Source: Callorhinchus milii | Taxonomy: Eukaryota | DNA: 64,000 nt | Direction: 5' to 3' | Assembly: GCF_018977255.1 (NCBI RefSeq) | Contig: NW_024704743.1 | Location: forward strand, 37,636,001 to 37,700,000 | Shown here: positions 52,500-64,000 of the stretch, in pieces | How the letters are laid out: each line of letters opens with the position of its first letter | Numbering within the stretch: position 1 is the stretch's first letter | Made by a program: the position numbers and the translations under genes | Notes under the pieces: generated by a model | Database searches by the model: none | Told to the model about the DNA's origin: nothing | What the model saw: only the letters and a program-made list of their open reading frames with translations

Positions 52500-53130
52500 T
52501 CTTTCAGCCCATCAAGGCTGTTTCACCAGTTTATTAGATCTTGAGAAATCACAAGGCACTTCTCTCTTGGCAGCCCCCTTAATACCTATATTACCCAGGT
52601 TTCTGTCCATCTCTCTTTTAAATATTCTTATTGATTCTGCCTCTATTGCTTTCTGGGGCAGATTTTTCCACACCTTCACCACCCTCTGTGTGAAGAAATA
52701 TTTCTGACCTCAGTTCTAACCATCTTTTATTTTAAGGCTGCCCCTTTACCAAAGGGAAGAGTTATTCTTTATACAGTGTGACCAAAATTTTTTACATAAT
52801 AGGGTAGTTATCACAACTTTTTGGTCACCATGTATAACCTGTCAGTTCCTTTCATTATTCTGTACCTGCAAATTATATTTTGATGATCTATGAACATGAG
52901 ACCTTCAACCTAACCTTTCTAGTGCTTTTGTATTTGAACATGATCCTACCTGTTACTTTTTGCATCCGAAGTGTACCTACCTGACTTTGCAATGTTAAGC
53001 TCCATAGTTTCCCCCACTACTTAATCTGTCTTTTTTGTATTTTTCGCCTGTCACCCTCACGGTTTGCAACACCACATCCGCTTAGTTTTAGTCCTCTCTC
53101 TGAATAATAATCCATGTAATTCACTTGTGC
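52500..53130 (-). mobile_element. Decayed CR1 fragment
   Basis: YFFTQRVVKVWK.LP motif on the minus strand near 52660-52710. Confidence 0.7.
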
Positions 53131-53414
53131 CTGCAGTATGACCCAAGAGAGTGAGTTATGATTAATTTAAACTGAGACAATTGTCACTTAACAAGCATTT
53201 CTGAAAAGTATTGGAATCAGGACATTTTTTTGTTATTTAATACTCCATATTACTGTTTTTATAGGCATAATTCTGAATGTCACTTTACCAGAGTGCATTT
53301 TAACATTCGGGAATCCATGATAATTATTTCCCCACACAAAATAACCGTAAATCATTCTGACATATCTTTAGACTTATCTTTAGAATGACCTGTCAAGTAT
53401 CTACATAGGAGTAA

Positions 53415-54367
53415 AAAAAATCAAAATACCGATGCTGGAAATCTGAAATAATGACAGAAGTCGCTGGGAACCCACAGCAGGTCGGCAGCAACTATGGAGT
53501 GAGAAAAATGAGTTAATGTTTCAGGTCTAAGACCTTTCACCAGAACTGGGGGTTGTTGGAAGGAAGCAGATTATAAGGACAAGCAGAAAAGAGGGTTGAT
53601 GGTGCAAGATAAAAGAAAGCAATGGTGGGAGATTATAGAAAGAAAAAATGCGTCTACGACCCAGAGGATGTGTGAATGGTTATAGGAGGGGGGAGGCAAG
53701 GCTGAGAGAAGATGAGAGCTGTGTTTAAGGTCTGAAGTGGTTAAAATCAACGTTGGGGCCATAGGACTGTAAGGTGCCTAGGAGGCAGATGAAGTGCTGT
53801 TCTTCGAGCTTTTGTTGTGCTTCGTCTGAACTGTGTAGGAGGCCATGGGCAGAGAGGTCAGAGTGGTAGTGGGAAGGGAATTAAAGTGGCAAGCGACCGG
53901 ACGATCTGGGTTGCACTTGCGGATGGAACGGAGATATTTGGCAGAGCGATCACCCAATCTGCATTTGGTCTCCCCAAAGTAAAGGAGACTACATCATCAG
54001 CAGCGAATACACGATACTGCGTTGATGGAAGTACATATAAATCACTGTCTTACCTGGAAGCAGTGTTTGGGGCCCTGGACAGTGGTATGGGAGGAGTGAA
54101 CGGGCAGGTGTTGCATCTCCTACGCTGTTGTGGGAAAGTGCCGGGGTAAGGAGAGAAGGTGTTGGTGATAATGGAGGAGTGACCAGGGAGTCACAGAAGG
54201 AGCAGCCCCTGCGGAATGTTGAGAGGGGAGGGGAAAATATGTTTGGTGGTGGGATCACGCTGGAGATGGCGGAGGATTATCCGTTGAATGTGGAGGCTGG
54301 TGAGGTGGAAGGTGAGGACAAGGGCCGACCCTATCACAGTTCTGGGAGGGGCGAAAGGGGAGGGGGT
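53415..54367 (-). mobile_element. Penelope-like element 3' portion (GIY-YIG endonuclease) in MRPL3 intron 4
   Basis: Minus-strand remnants GTFP..RRRCNTCPF...QGPK..FQV...CTS.N.V.CIRC..C.LLY.GETK.RLGDR...LRS...PVA.HFN; stops and frameshifts present. Confidence 0.88.
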
Positions 54368-55928
54368 TTTCCTATCTACATAGGAGTATGGCTCACAGTT
54401 GAATATGAGTAGTTGGCACCAAACGACCCAAAATGGATTGAAAATAGCGCCAAATCAGCCCAATTAATGTGATATTTTCTCAAATTGACATAAATCAGTT
54501 CACTCACCGAGTTGCCACTCCCTACCAGGGAAACTTGGGAAAGTCTTAGATCTTGTTAGAATATTGCAAGTAATTCATTAAAATAGTTCATTTTATACTC
54601 GACTTAGTATGATTTTGAATACTGGAGATGAAGGCATTGTGGAAAAGTAGGCCAGAATGTGTTTTCTGAGGAGGAATAAACAAAATCTCATTTTCGAGGA
54701 ATTTAGTTCAGATACAACAAAGTTCTTTTTTAAAAAAAGTGCTTGAATAATTTTAGCAGTGATTGCAGTCGCTACTTGTAAAGTTTCCTGTTCCAGATGA
54801 AAAGATTAACATATAAAGTACAGTCATTAGCGGCTCTTAAGTGCAGAGCTGTTCTTTTAACTGCTTGTGGTTAAAGGGATTAACACACAAATAGCTACCT
54901 TTGGAAATGAATTATGGTGCAGTACATTAAAGAGTAAGCTTCTGCCAGTCAGCTGTTAATGTACATAACAGCTCTGAGGAATATAAATTAGCCTTCACAG
55001 AGGTGCATTGTTTGAGGCCAGAGAACAGAGTCAGGTTATTTATTTTTGAAAAACTCCACTGTTTAGGATTCTGACTGAAAATAAAACATACTACTTTAGG
55101 GATATGTATACATTTTGTACATATATAATATTTTTTACAAAACTATATTCCTCCAAATTGCTTTGTTTCATTATTAAACTCACCTGATAGCAGATTTTGT
55201 TCCTGTTGCTATTTAAATCAAATCCTAATGATCCTATTGCTCTCATGCCAAAGATTAGCAATCTCAGCACAGGCAAGATGATGATGTGAGACTTTATTCT
55301 CTATTCATGCCAAATCTTGGGTGTTGTGATTTCGTGCAGTTACCCTGATGGTACAGTCAGTTAAACTGGCCTATAGCTTGTATATTTTTCTCTCTTTGCC
55401 CTCAACTCTCAATCCCATGGTTGCAAACCCATTGGTTAGAGAACATTTGAGGAGGGAATACCCAGTGTTTTTAGAGAAAGGAGTCCTGCTTACACTATTT
55501 ATATTGCTATTGTTATCCAAGGCAATCTTCTGTTCCAGGTAATCCAGTGTCCTCCAGCTCTTTTGTGATTCGGCTGTTGCTTACTTGCTTCTTTGCTGCT
55601 GTGTTCAGTGGCAACAGCTTGAATTGAATTTGGAACAAAATAATAATCTTCATCTCTTTTTAAAACCATGATTATTTCAGCTGTAGACTGTATTGAATAG
55701 ACTAATGAACTAGATAAAGCAGCTATGCAGTTCAATGTGAATTTTATTAAAATTAATAATGAATCAAATATTGAAGTTTCATTCTGTATCTAGTACATCT
55801 GTGGAATTAACATTGTCTAATAATTTAAGTGCAGATGAGAAATCTACTTACATAGAAGGGACAATTAAACAAATGGGAAAGTGATGTTTTGCATTTTGTA
55901 ATTCTTTGTGGTAATTTCTTTTCTACAG

Positions 55929-56028
55929 AAACCTGAGTCCTTTATGGAAAAATATAGACTAGCCGGGATACCCCCAAAGCAGAAATTGACCCAGTTCAAT
56001 ATAACGGACAATGCTATCATTAAACCAG
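55929..56028 (+). CDS. MRPL3: MRPL3 exon 5: KPESFMEKYRLAGIPPKQKLTQFNITDNAIIKP(G)
   Basis: ttctacag|AAA...CCAG|gtaatt; 100 nt, phase 0/1. Confidence 0.95.
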
Positions 56029-56868
56029 GTAATTACTTAAAACAGAAAAAGTTTATTTCTCTGTAGAGAAGGGAAAAAGAGATTGCAATGGGGACACTGG
56101 TGTTTATCAACAGCATTATTAAGCCATTATATATCTCTTATCAAAAAGAAAGGGAGACTGTAACTTTCTCCTTTTCAATAATAACAGCATGCTAAAGTTA
56201 ATTAAGTGTTAATGATTTTCTTAGAAGTACTTATTACATCTCTTCAGGTGGCTTACACATTATTGCATACATCCCTTTTCTCATATAAGTGGGTCATGAG
56301 CATTCCAGCAGAGTTGGTAGAATCAGCACAATGACTGATTAGTCTTCCGTATGGCATTGCTCTTTTTCTGACAAAATAGGTAATTAATAGTTGACTTGTT
56401 ATTTAAAAAAATTCAGCCCCAGAAACTGGACAAAATGAGTCAGTCGGGTCCATTAGCTTACTGTATGTGCAGAGTCCTTTTGCGAACAGGAACATGGAAT
56501 TTCTGACTACCTGTAAATCAATTGTGTACAATGCAGTCCCTTTGTAACGCATTTCACTCTAGTGATAATTTGCTTATACCACAGTTCATATAATAATAAT
56601 GATCTTTGAATTTGATATAACTCCTTATCACACTGTCAAGACATCACAAAACACTTTACACTGTAAAGTAGTGTGAAGGTGTATTTTATGGGTGAACACA
56701 GCAGTCAATTTGTGCACAGCAAATGCCACATGAACAATTTTATTTGGGATGATAGGATAGTCACATTCATTGTGCAGCTGACCCCCTTGCTTCTTGCATG
56801 CCGGCTAGCTTTTTGAACTTAAGTGGCCCATCACAATACTAACACTAAATTATTCCTGCTTCCCACTA

Positions 56869-57041
56869 CAGTAAAACTCGCGTAAATCTGATCTGCATTA
56901 ATCGTATAATCGTCTAAGTCATACATCTGCCCAAGTCCTGTTGACTTTCCTACAATTTATGAAGTTTCACATAACTCATACTTTGGATACGTCATATTAA
57001 ATATATGGTCCCAATTGATATGACTCTTGTGAGGTTCACTG
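56869..57041. mobile_element. Tigger-like MITE (173 bp)
   Basis: TA|CAGTAAAACTC ... GAGGTTCACTG|TA. Confidence 0.78.
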
Positions 57042-57479
57042 TATCTGTTTTCGAGGTGGGAACATTTCCATTAGCAGTAAATGGTTTCAAAGACCCAATC
57101 TTTCAACCAGCCAAAAGCTAGATATTAGCAATTTAGGTTGTTATCTGCTCCCCCTGTTCTCTCATTGAATCTCGTGTTTTGGGGGTTCAGCCAACCCAAA
57201 CTGAGAGGGATACTCTTCAGCATTGTGAAGCATGGTTTTCCGCATGTGTCAGTCACCCAGCTGACCAAAAAAAAAATGAGATTCAACGAATCCCATATCA
57301 TTAAAGTTATATACACCTGAGACACTGAAAACATTAGACAATTTTTTTAATTCCAAGCCTAAAAGGACTTTTGTGGTACTGTTGTAACTAACATGAATGA
57401 CAACCTTTAAAAAATAATTCTTGTTGCTTAATCTCAAACTTCTGAAAGGTGTTTTTAATTTACTTTTGTTGTATTTAAG

Positions 57480-57540
57480 GTACTCCATTGTATGCTGCGC
57501 ACTTTCGTCCTGGACAGTTTGTTGATGTCACTGCAAAAAC
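57480..57540 (+). CDS. MRPL3: MRPL3 exon 6: (G)TPLYAAHFRPGQFVDVTAKT; gene continues past the window end
   Basis: gtatttaag|GT...AAAAC|gtaagt; 61 nt; uL3 F.PGQ.VDV motif. The next exon (IGKGFQG...) was not found in 57541-64000. Confidence 0.96.
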
Positions 57541-58964
57541 GTAAGTACTGAGTCTTGGAACATTTGCTTGAGATTGACCAGGCAAGGCTGACATTACAGA
57601 GATGTATGGCTCTTCTTTTGATGTCTCTTTTGCCATAGGCAGAGCTTGCACGTGCAGTTATGTCCCTCAGCATGTGTGATTCTAAGTCCTGATGTAAGGC
57701 TTGAACCTACAATAGTCTGACTAAGAGTAAGATTGCTACTGAGCCAAGCTGACACCATAGCATAATGTTTTGGTATTTTCTTCTTTGCTGTTACTGTTAT
57801 AGTAATTGTGAAATTACTCAATTTAGTAGACAACTGCTTATCAAGTGACCCACTAGAATAATCCAACACTCAGTGAATGATATTGATGGGCAGCAATTGT
57901 TTAGTCAACCCAGTCTTGATTTATCAGGTTATGAAAATTACAGTAATTTTAACACAGATGCAGTTTATGTTGAAGCCAATTTATTTTCATCAGCCTATAT
58001 TGTACATTATTTAGTTCAATGTGTTACATTTTAAACTTGAATAAGACTTTGTGAAGCAATAGCTCCTGAAGATTTTTTTTTAATGATGTGAAATATCCAT
58101 GAATGTTATTGTGTCCTATAATATAGGCTGTGGTTCAAGAGTAACAAATATTGGATCTTAAAAAAAATCATAACTTATAATGCAGTATAAAAAGGTCTTA
58201 AACGACTGCATTTCCTGGGGAAGAGAAGAATAATCTTATTGTTATATTAGGACATCCTGTATGTCCACTCAGTTATAACAAATGACAATAAGAATGACAA
58301 TGATTTAAATATGATGTACTAAAACATTTATAATAATAAATATATAATAACATTTATCCATGCTTCAAGATAGATGTCAACACTTTCTTTACTGGCTTTC
58401 CCAATTCCACAACCTTCAGCTCTTCCATAACTATCACTTATAAGCTCCTTCATTCCCATCTCCCTCGACCTTGTCGAGATGCATTGACTCTCTGTTTCAA
58501 TGGATTTATTTCATATCACCCCTTAAGATAAAGCTGTAGCTGTTTGTACTTTTTCATGCAAATATTTTGGCATTTTGAAGACGTTTGCTTTCTCGTTAAG
58601 GATTTTTGTAAAACGATAAAGAAATGAATTCATGTTATGATTGCACTAAATCACAAGAAGTGATTTAATAATGCAGAGAAGCTCATTTGAATGCAATTCC
58701 TTATTGCGTGCAGGTTTCCCCATATTCCAAGTCCTCTGAATAATGGTGGGAAAATGGTATTCATGCTCCTCAATTATACCTGTTCAGTAATTGGGCAGAA
58801 AATTTATGAAAACTTACTTAATTGTAAAATTGTAAAATTTGATTCATCGAGGCACAGGTATGCTATGCTACATGTTGATGGATGAAGAATTCTCCCCCCC
58901 CCCCCAAATAAAACAAATTTCATTCATTTCCTCTCTTCAATATCTAAATGCTCCCGTTTGACGA

Positions 58965-59540
58965 TGTCATCACAGCCATGGAGTTAACTTCCACATGTAT
59001 TCTGATGATGGATAGCCTATTCTATCTCTCTGCTTCCACCCTCGATTCCCAGACCACTGCTGTTCTGACTGAACGCCTGTCAAGACATCAACTCCTGGAT
59101 GAGAGATAACTTTTTCCAATTGAATATGGTCAAGCAGAGGCTCTGTAGCTGACAGCATCAATCTACCCAGATCAGATGCACACACCTCATTGAACCAGTA
59201 CAGAACCTTGGTGTCTTGTTCGACTCAACTATCCTTTAACCCCCATATCGGTGGCCTAACCTGCTCAGTTTTCCCACACCTCTCACTGAGACCCTTATTC
59301 ATGCTTTTATCACATTCAGACTAGCCTCTAGACTCTGATTGCTGGAATTTGCAACTCTACTCCACAATCTGTGGACTATTCAGAATTGTGCAGCTCTCCC
59401 TCACACCCATCCTCCCCGGCTCCACTGGCTCCCCATCCCCCGGAGGTCTGCTCACTTTTAAATCCCTTCAAGGTCTTTCCTCATCCTACTTCTGCAACAT
59501 TCTAAAACTTTACCAACCTGCCCCCTCCTTCCTTTGGAAG
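58965..59540 (+). mobile_element. Decayed L2 fragment
   Basis: [19 protein letters not shown] and LHWLP remnants. Confidence 0.8.
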
Positions 59541-62500
59541 GCCTAACCAAGGATTATATTAAAGAAAGCCAAGAAAGGTTGTTTAATTCATTAAACAGGT
59601 GGATCTTACTATCTATAGCAAATCCTAAGATATATTATTGAGTTTTAATTTTCTGCTATCAAAGCCTGCTCTGCTGAGTATTTGACGTGCCCGCTTTTTT
59701 TTTATATGAGGGGCTTATATGATAACCATTCAATGCGATGGTGATCAGAAACTAATTACAGCATACCCAATATGTCTGATAGAAAAAGGAAATTTTATTT
59801 GTAATAAATGCATGGTGATCTTTCCTTTCTGACCTGGCGAAAATTTAGCCAAAACATGATTGATCTCAAATTACAGGTTAGCAAAGAAAGGATTTTGATT
59901 TTACTGGTACATCAGATTTCTCTCCCACCCCGGCTTTATTTCAGCATCTCTGTGTGTAAGTCATGCCATTCTATCATTTACTGCTTTTTAAAACATTTTG
60001 GGCTACTATACAAATGACTAAAACTGGCAGTTTATGGATCCTGTGAATCATCAAGATCAATATATTTCTTAAGTTTTGTAGTCGTAGATGATTAGCTTAT
60101 TAGTTATTGATGCATAAATTGCCTTGCTAAAGATCTTTGAATTTTAAATTCAAATAGATTTGTACTAACCCATGTTTGATGACGGCTTCATGATCAGTAC
60201 TAGAAATCTTCATAATGGAATATATGAGATGTTTTAAATTGTGTGACTTTAAAATTAATGTTTTGTCTAGTATCTTGGCTGTATTTCAGAGCTTATTAAT
60301 GCAATCACATAATTTTTTATATAACGAGCTTAGAATGAAATCGAATAACACCCTTACTCTGTGTAAACTAATCATGCACAGTTCGTATTTGGAAGTATAA
60401 TTCCAGGACAACATATGAAATGCTTTTGAAAATCATGTAACTGTTTAATAACATTCAGTTTAGAAAATGTCATACTTCAGGTTTGTCTGCCTGTGAAAAG
60501 TTTGTCTGCCTGTCTGGTTGCTCTGTGCTCGTCACTCATACATTTTTTGTTATCATCCGGATTTATGCTGTAGTACTACTGTTACTCCGGTTACTTCCCT
60601 ATGATCCATCATAAATTCTTTTATGCTTGGTATTACTCCATGGTGTCTGAGTGCTTATTGCAAGTGTTTGTCATAGACCAAAATAAATAATTCAACAAAA
60701 TGAATGATGGCTACTAGATGGCTGTAACAAGATTGTGTTTCTGTAATGGATTGGGTCATGTGCTACTTTTATATATCTAGCATTATAAACAATAATTATC
60801 ATTATCCCTTTGTTCCAGTAGTAATTAATTTCAACTCCACAGTAGTAATAAGCACATTTGAAATGAACAAATGCTCAGCACAGCATTAGATTTATCTTGA
60901 GAATATCGAATAACATTAAGGCTTATGTATTCCAAGATTGTCTTTTTATTGCACTTTTCAGTGAAACACTCATTCAACACCTATTTACTAGTTCCATTTA
61001 TAAAAATTGTACAGCTTCAGAAGGAGAAAATTTGATTAATAAGAGGCTTTATTGTGTGATTAAAGGTCCAGAAATGCATCAACATTCATTGAAGCACATT
61101 TTGCTGATTTAACTTTAACTTGGTAAAGGCCAATATTTCTCATCAGTGCGCACCTGTTGTAATTATTTTTAATATGTTCTGGAACAAAATGAGAAGCAGA
61201 CATGCGTAATCCTCAAGTCATTTCTGCGCACAATATTTATTATATGGTTAAGTTTTGGCATTATAATTTAACAGTTAAATATCAGAATGTAGAATATAAA
61301 GTAAAATACTTTATATGGATAATTTATTACTGTTTTCCTTCAGAATGCATCCAAATAATAATGTTAATAATAATAATAATCCTTGCATTTGATATAGAGC
61401 CTTATCTCGTCTTCGAGTCATTTTAAAGAGCTTCCCGGAAGATACTGTAAAGTGAATTAACTGTGTATTTTGTGGGTGAAATTAGTTAATTAAGTCAGGG
61501 TTAATGGATTTGCTTGACACTCACATCAACAGTAATGCTATATGATGCTGGAACATTGTGTTTCAGACAAAATTGGTTGTACAGTGCAAACAAAACCCAG
61601 CAGCAAATAGTTGAAATCCATAGAAATTTCCTGGATTTGAAATATATCATCTCAAAAAGCGTTTTGCTGAAAAATGTCACATGGTCAGTGCAAGTGATTG
61701 TTTGAAATCTCAAATTTTAATAAAAATATTAGAAATGGAAAAAGTTTACTGCTAAATACTGAAGCGGACAATTTTCATGAACGGGTAGGGAGATGTCCCA
61801 ACTGTGAGCTTCCTTCATTTCTTGAGTTGAAGGAATGTTTACAATCAAAATAAGAATTCAAGTAAAATAATTTACAATAAAATATAGACGGTATATCCAT
61901 TAAGCAATGCCTTTGAGTCAACTAGCAGTTCTTTATTTTAATGAATCTAGTTTGCTTTAGGCACTTTGCTCACAGATTAATTATCACTGTCAAGTATTCT
62001 TTATCCTATGTTCTTTCACATCATCAGGAAATCTCAACCATATCATGTAGATTAATTCAGTCCAGAGAAGGGACAATGTTTGAAAGTGGATACTTGTGTA
62101 TTTTAGCTTCAGTTATTTGTTATGCAGTTCTGATTTCAAATTTTATATCATTAGATTTGAAAAACAGATGTACAGTTTTTTTTAAAGAATCCTGTTCTGG
62201 AGGTTTTTTAAATTTAAAAAAAATTAAATGTTAGCATTTCAAATCTTACATGGATTTTCCTGGTGAAAGCATAGCCATTGCGACTGAGGAACCCTGCCAG
62301 GGCTCTATGCTTAAATCATTGCTGAGAGAGAAATGAGAGGATGGGAGCTGGACTGATTCAACTGGCATGGATTCTAATTTCAATCGAGCATTTTCAAAAT
62401 CAGAATCATACTGTGCATTGAATGTTATAATAATCCTATAATCCTTATCACGTTTTGGATGTCTCAAAGAGTTTCACAGGATATGCTGTAAAGTAACATT

Positions 62501-62744
62501 TGTCTTTTGTTGGTGAACGTGCCAGCCAGTTTGTGCAAAGCACTGTCCTACAAGCAGCCATGGAGTGAGTGATCAGTTTTATTTGGGGGTTTGTTGGCCA
62601 GGACACCGGGATGTTTACTGCAGTTGGATCCACAAAGAATTGAATATGAAAAACATTGCCAATGGTAGAAGCATATGTTGCGATGCCAGATTCCCAAGCT
62701 ATACCATACATACCTGATAGTGTAGCCTATTTTTCTGAGTTTAT

Positions 62745-62930
62745 AACAACAACCAAATTACATTTGTGTAGCGCCTTTCATGTCGGGAGGACATCCCAAG
62801 GTGCTGGACAACCAGTGTTTCGGACCTGAGCTGGGGGTCGAGATCAGGGAGGGTGGAGAGTGGTCGGGGGAATAGGGTGACCGATAGCACGGTCGAAGAG
62901 GAGGGTCTTGAGACGGGTCTTGAAAGAGGC
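62745..62930 (-). mobile_element. L2 3' tail fragment
   Basis: Same tail as 42248-42430. Confidence 0.85.
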
Positions 62931-63015
62931 AAAATATTCAAATATTTTGAATACATTTATAATAATTATAAATTACATTATAAATGTATTTATAAATGTA
63001 TGTATAAATGTATTC

Positions 63016-64000
63016 GTCTCAACGAATGGCTTCTCCTCCACCCCCCGTACTGTCTCATGTGGTGTCCCTCAGGGCTCTGTCCTCGGTCCCCTCCTCTTCA
63101 CCCTCTATATGCTCCCCCTTGGTGACATCATCCGCAAACATGGGGTTAACTTCCACATGTATGCGGATGACACCCAACTCTACCTTTCCTCCTCTACTCT
63201 CAACTCCACGACCACCGATGTCCTGACAGCCTGCCTGTCCGACATCGAGTCCTGGACGAGAGACAACTTTCTTCAGCTCAACGTGCGAAAAACCGAGGCC
63301 CTCCTGATTGGCTCACGTCAGCGCCTCCGCACCTCAGGCGCTGACACCATCAGCATCCAAGGCTGCACTCTCCACCTCTCAAAGCCAGTCAGGAACCTCG
63401 GCGTTTTGTTCGACCCTGAGCTGTCCTTTCTCCCTCACATCCGCACCACAACTGGCACCGCCTTCCATCACCTCCGGAATATCGCCAGATTACGGCACTA
63501 CCTCACCCCTCACGCTGCTGAAACCCTAGTTCACGCCTTTGTCACCTCAAGGCTGGACTATGGGAACTCTCTCCTCGCCGGCCTTCCCGCCACCTCCCTC
63601 CACACTGCAGGTCATTCAGAACTCTGCAGCTCATGTACTGTCCCGCACCAGGCTTCGGGACCACATCACTCCCACCCTCGCTCACCTCCACTGGCTCCCC
63701 ATCCCCCAGAGGATCGATTTCAAGATCCTCATCCTCACCTACAAGGCCATTCACGGCCTTGCTCCCTCCTACCTCTCCAACCTACTATCCCCCTACCTAC
63801 CTGCCCGTACCCTCCGTTCCTCTGGCTCCGGTCTGCTCCACGTCCCCCGGCCCAACCGCCCTACCATCGGTGGTCGGGCCTTCAGCCTCTCAGCCCCAGG
63901 CTCTGGAACTCCATCCCCCAGTGCCTTCGCCTTGCTTCCTCCCTTTCCTCCTTCAAGGCCGGTCTCAAGACCTTTCTCTTTGACAGTGCCTTCAGCTCCC
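63016..64000 (+). mobile_element. Relatively young L2 LINE, RT C-terminal half, running off the window
   Basis: From 63016: [53 protein letters not shown]...; reads as RT for about 195 codons before a frameshift near 63605. Confidence 0.96.

Noticed and set aside
57541..64000. MRPL3 exon 7 or an intronic H/ACA snoRNA (human MRPL3 hosts SNORA58, from memory)
   Set aside because: No GKGFQG-coding segment with splice sites and no recognisable SNORA58-like sequence by eye; an Infernal/Rfam scan would be needed to exclude a snoRNA

Overview
Vertebrate genomic DNA. The repeat landscape (Deu-domain tRNA-SINEs, L2, CR1 and Penelope fossils) suggests a cartilaginous fish, possibly a holocephalan; this is an inference. 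Two spliced genes lie in tandem on the + strand. The first is the last 7 coding exons of copine-4 (CPNE4; 645-16974, AATAAA at 17349). After about 29 kb of repeat-rich intergenic DNA comes a CpG-island/ETS promoter and the first 6 exons of mitochondrial ribosomal protein L3 (MRPL3; 46265-57540), which continues beyond the window. All exons have GT-AG boundaries and join in frame. Most ORFs in the supplied track are transposon fragments or noise. I found no new protein-coding system. The most interesting signals are non-coding: (i) an unclassified ~570-bp repeat whose copy in MRPL3 intron 1 keeps its CpGs while the intergenic copy has lost them, and whose hairpin+A-run terminus is shared by unrelated bodies; (ii) a four-layer nest, L2 > LTR-like > solo LTR > Tigger, with target-site duplications; (iii) a SINE with intact Pol III boxes carrying a 36-bp fold-back hairpin; (iv) several templated-insertion repair scars; (v) a perfect 14x18-bp G-rich array 1 kb upstream of MRPL3. 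Repeat boundaries are approximate unless a TSD or TIR is quoted. Family names come from motif recognition, not database searches.
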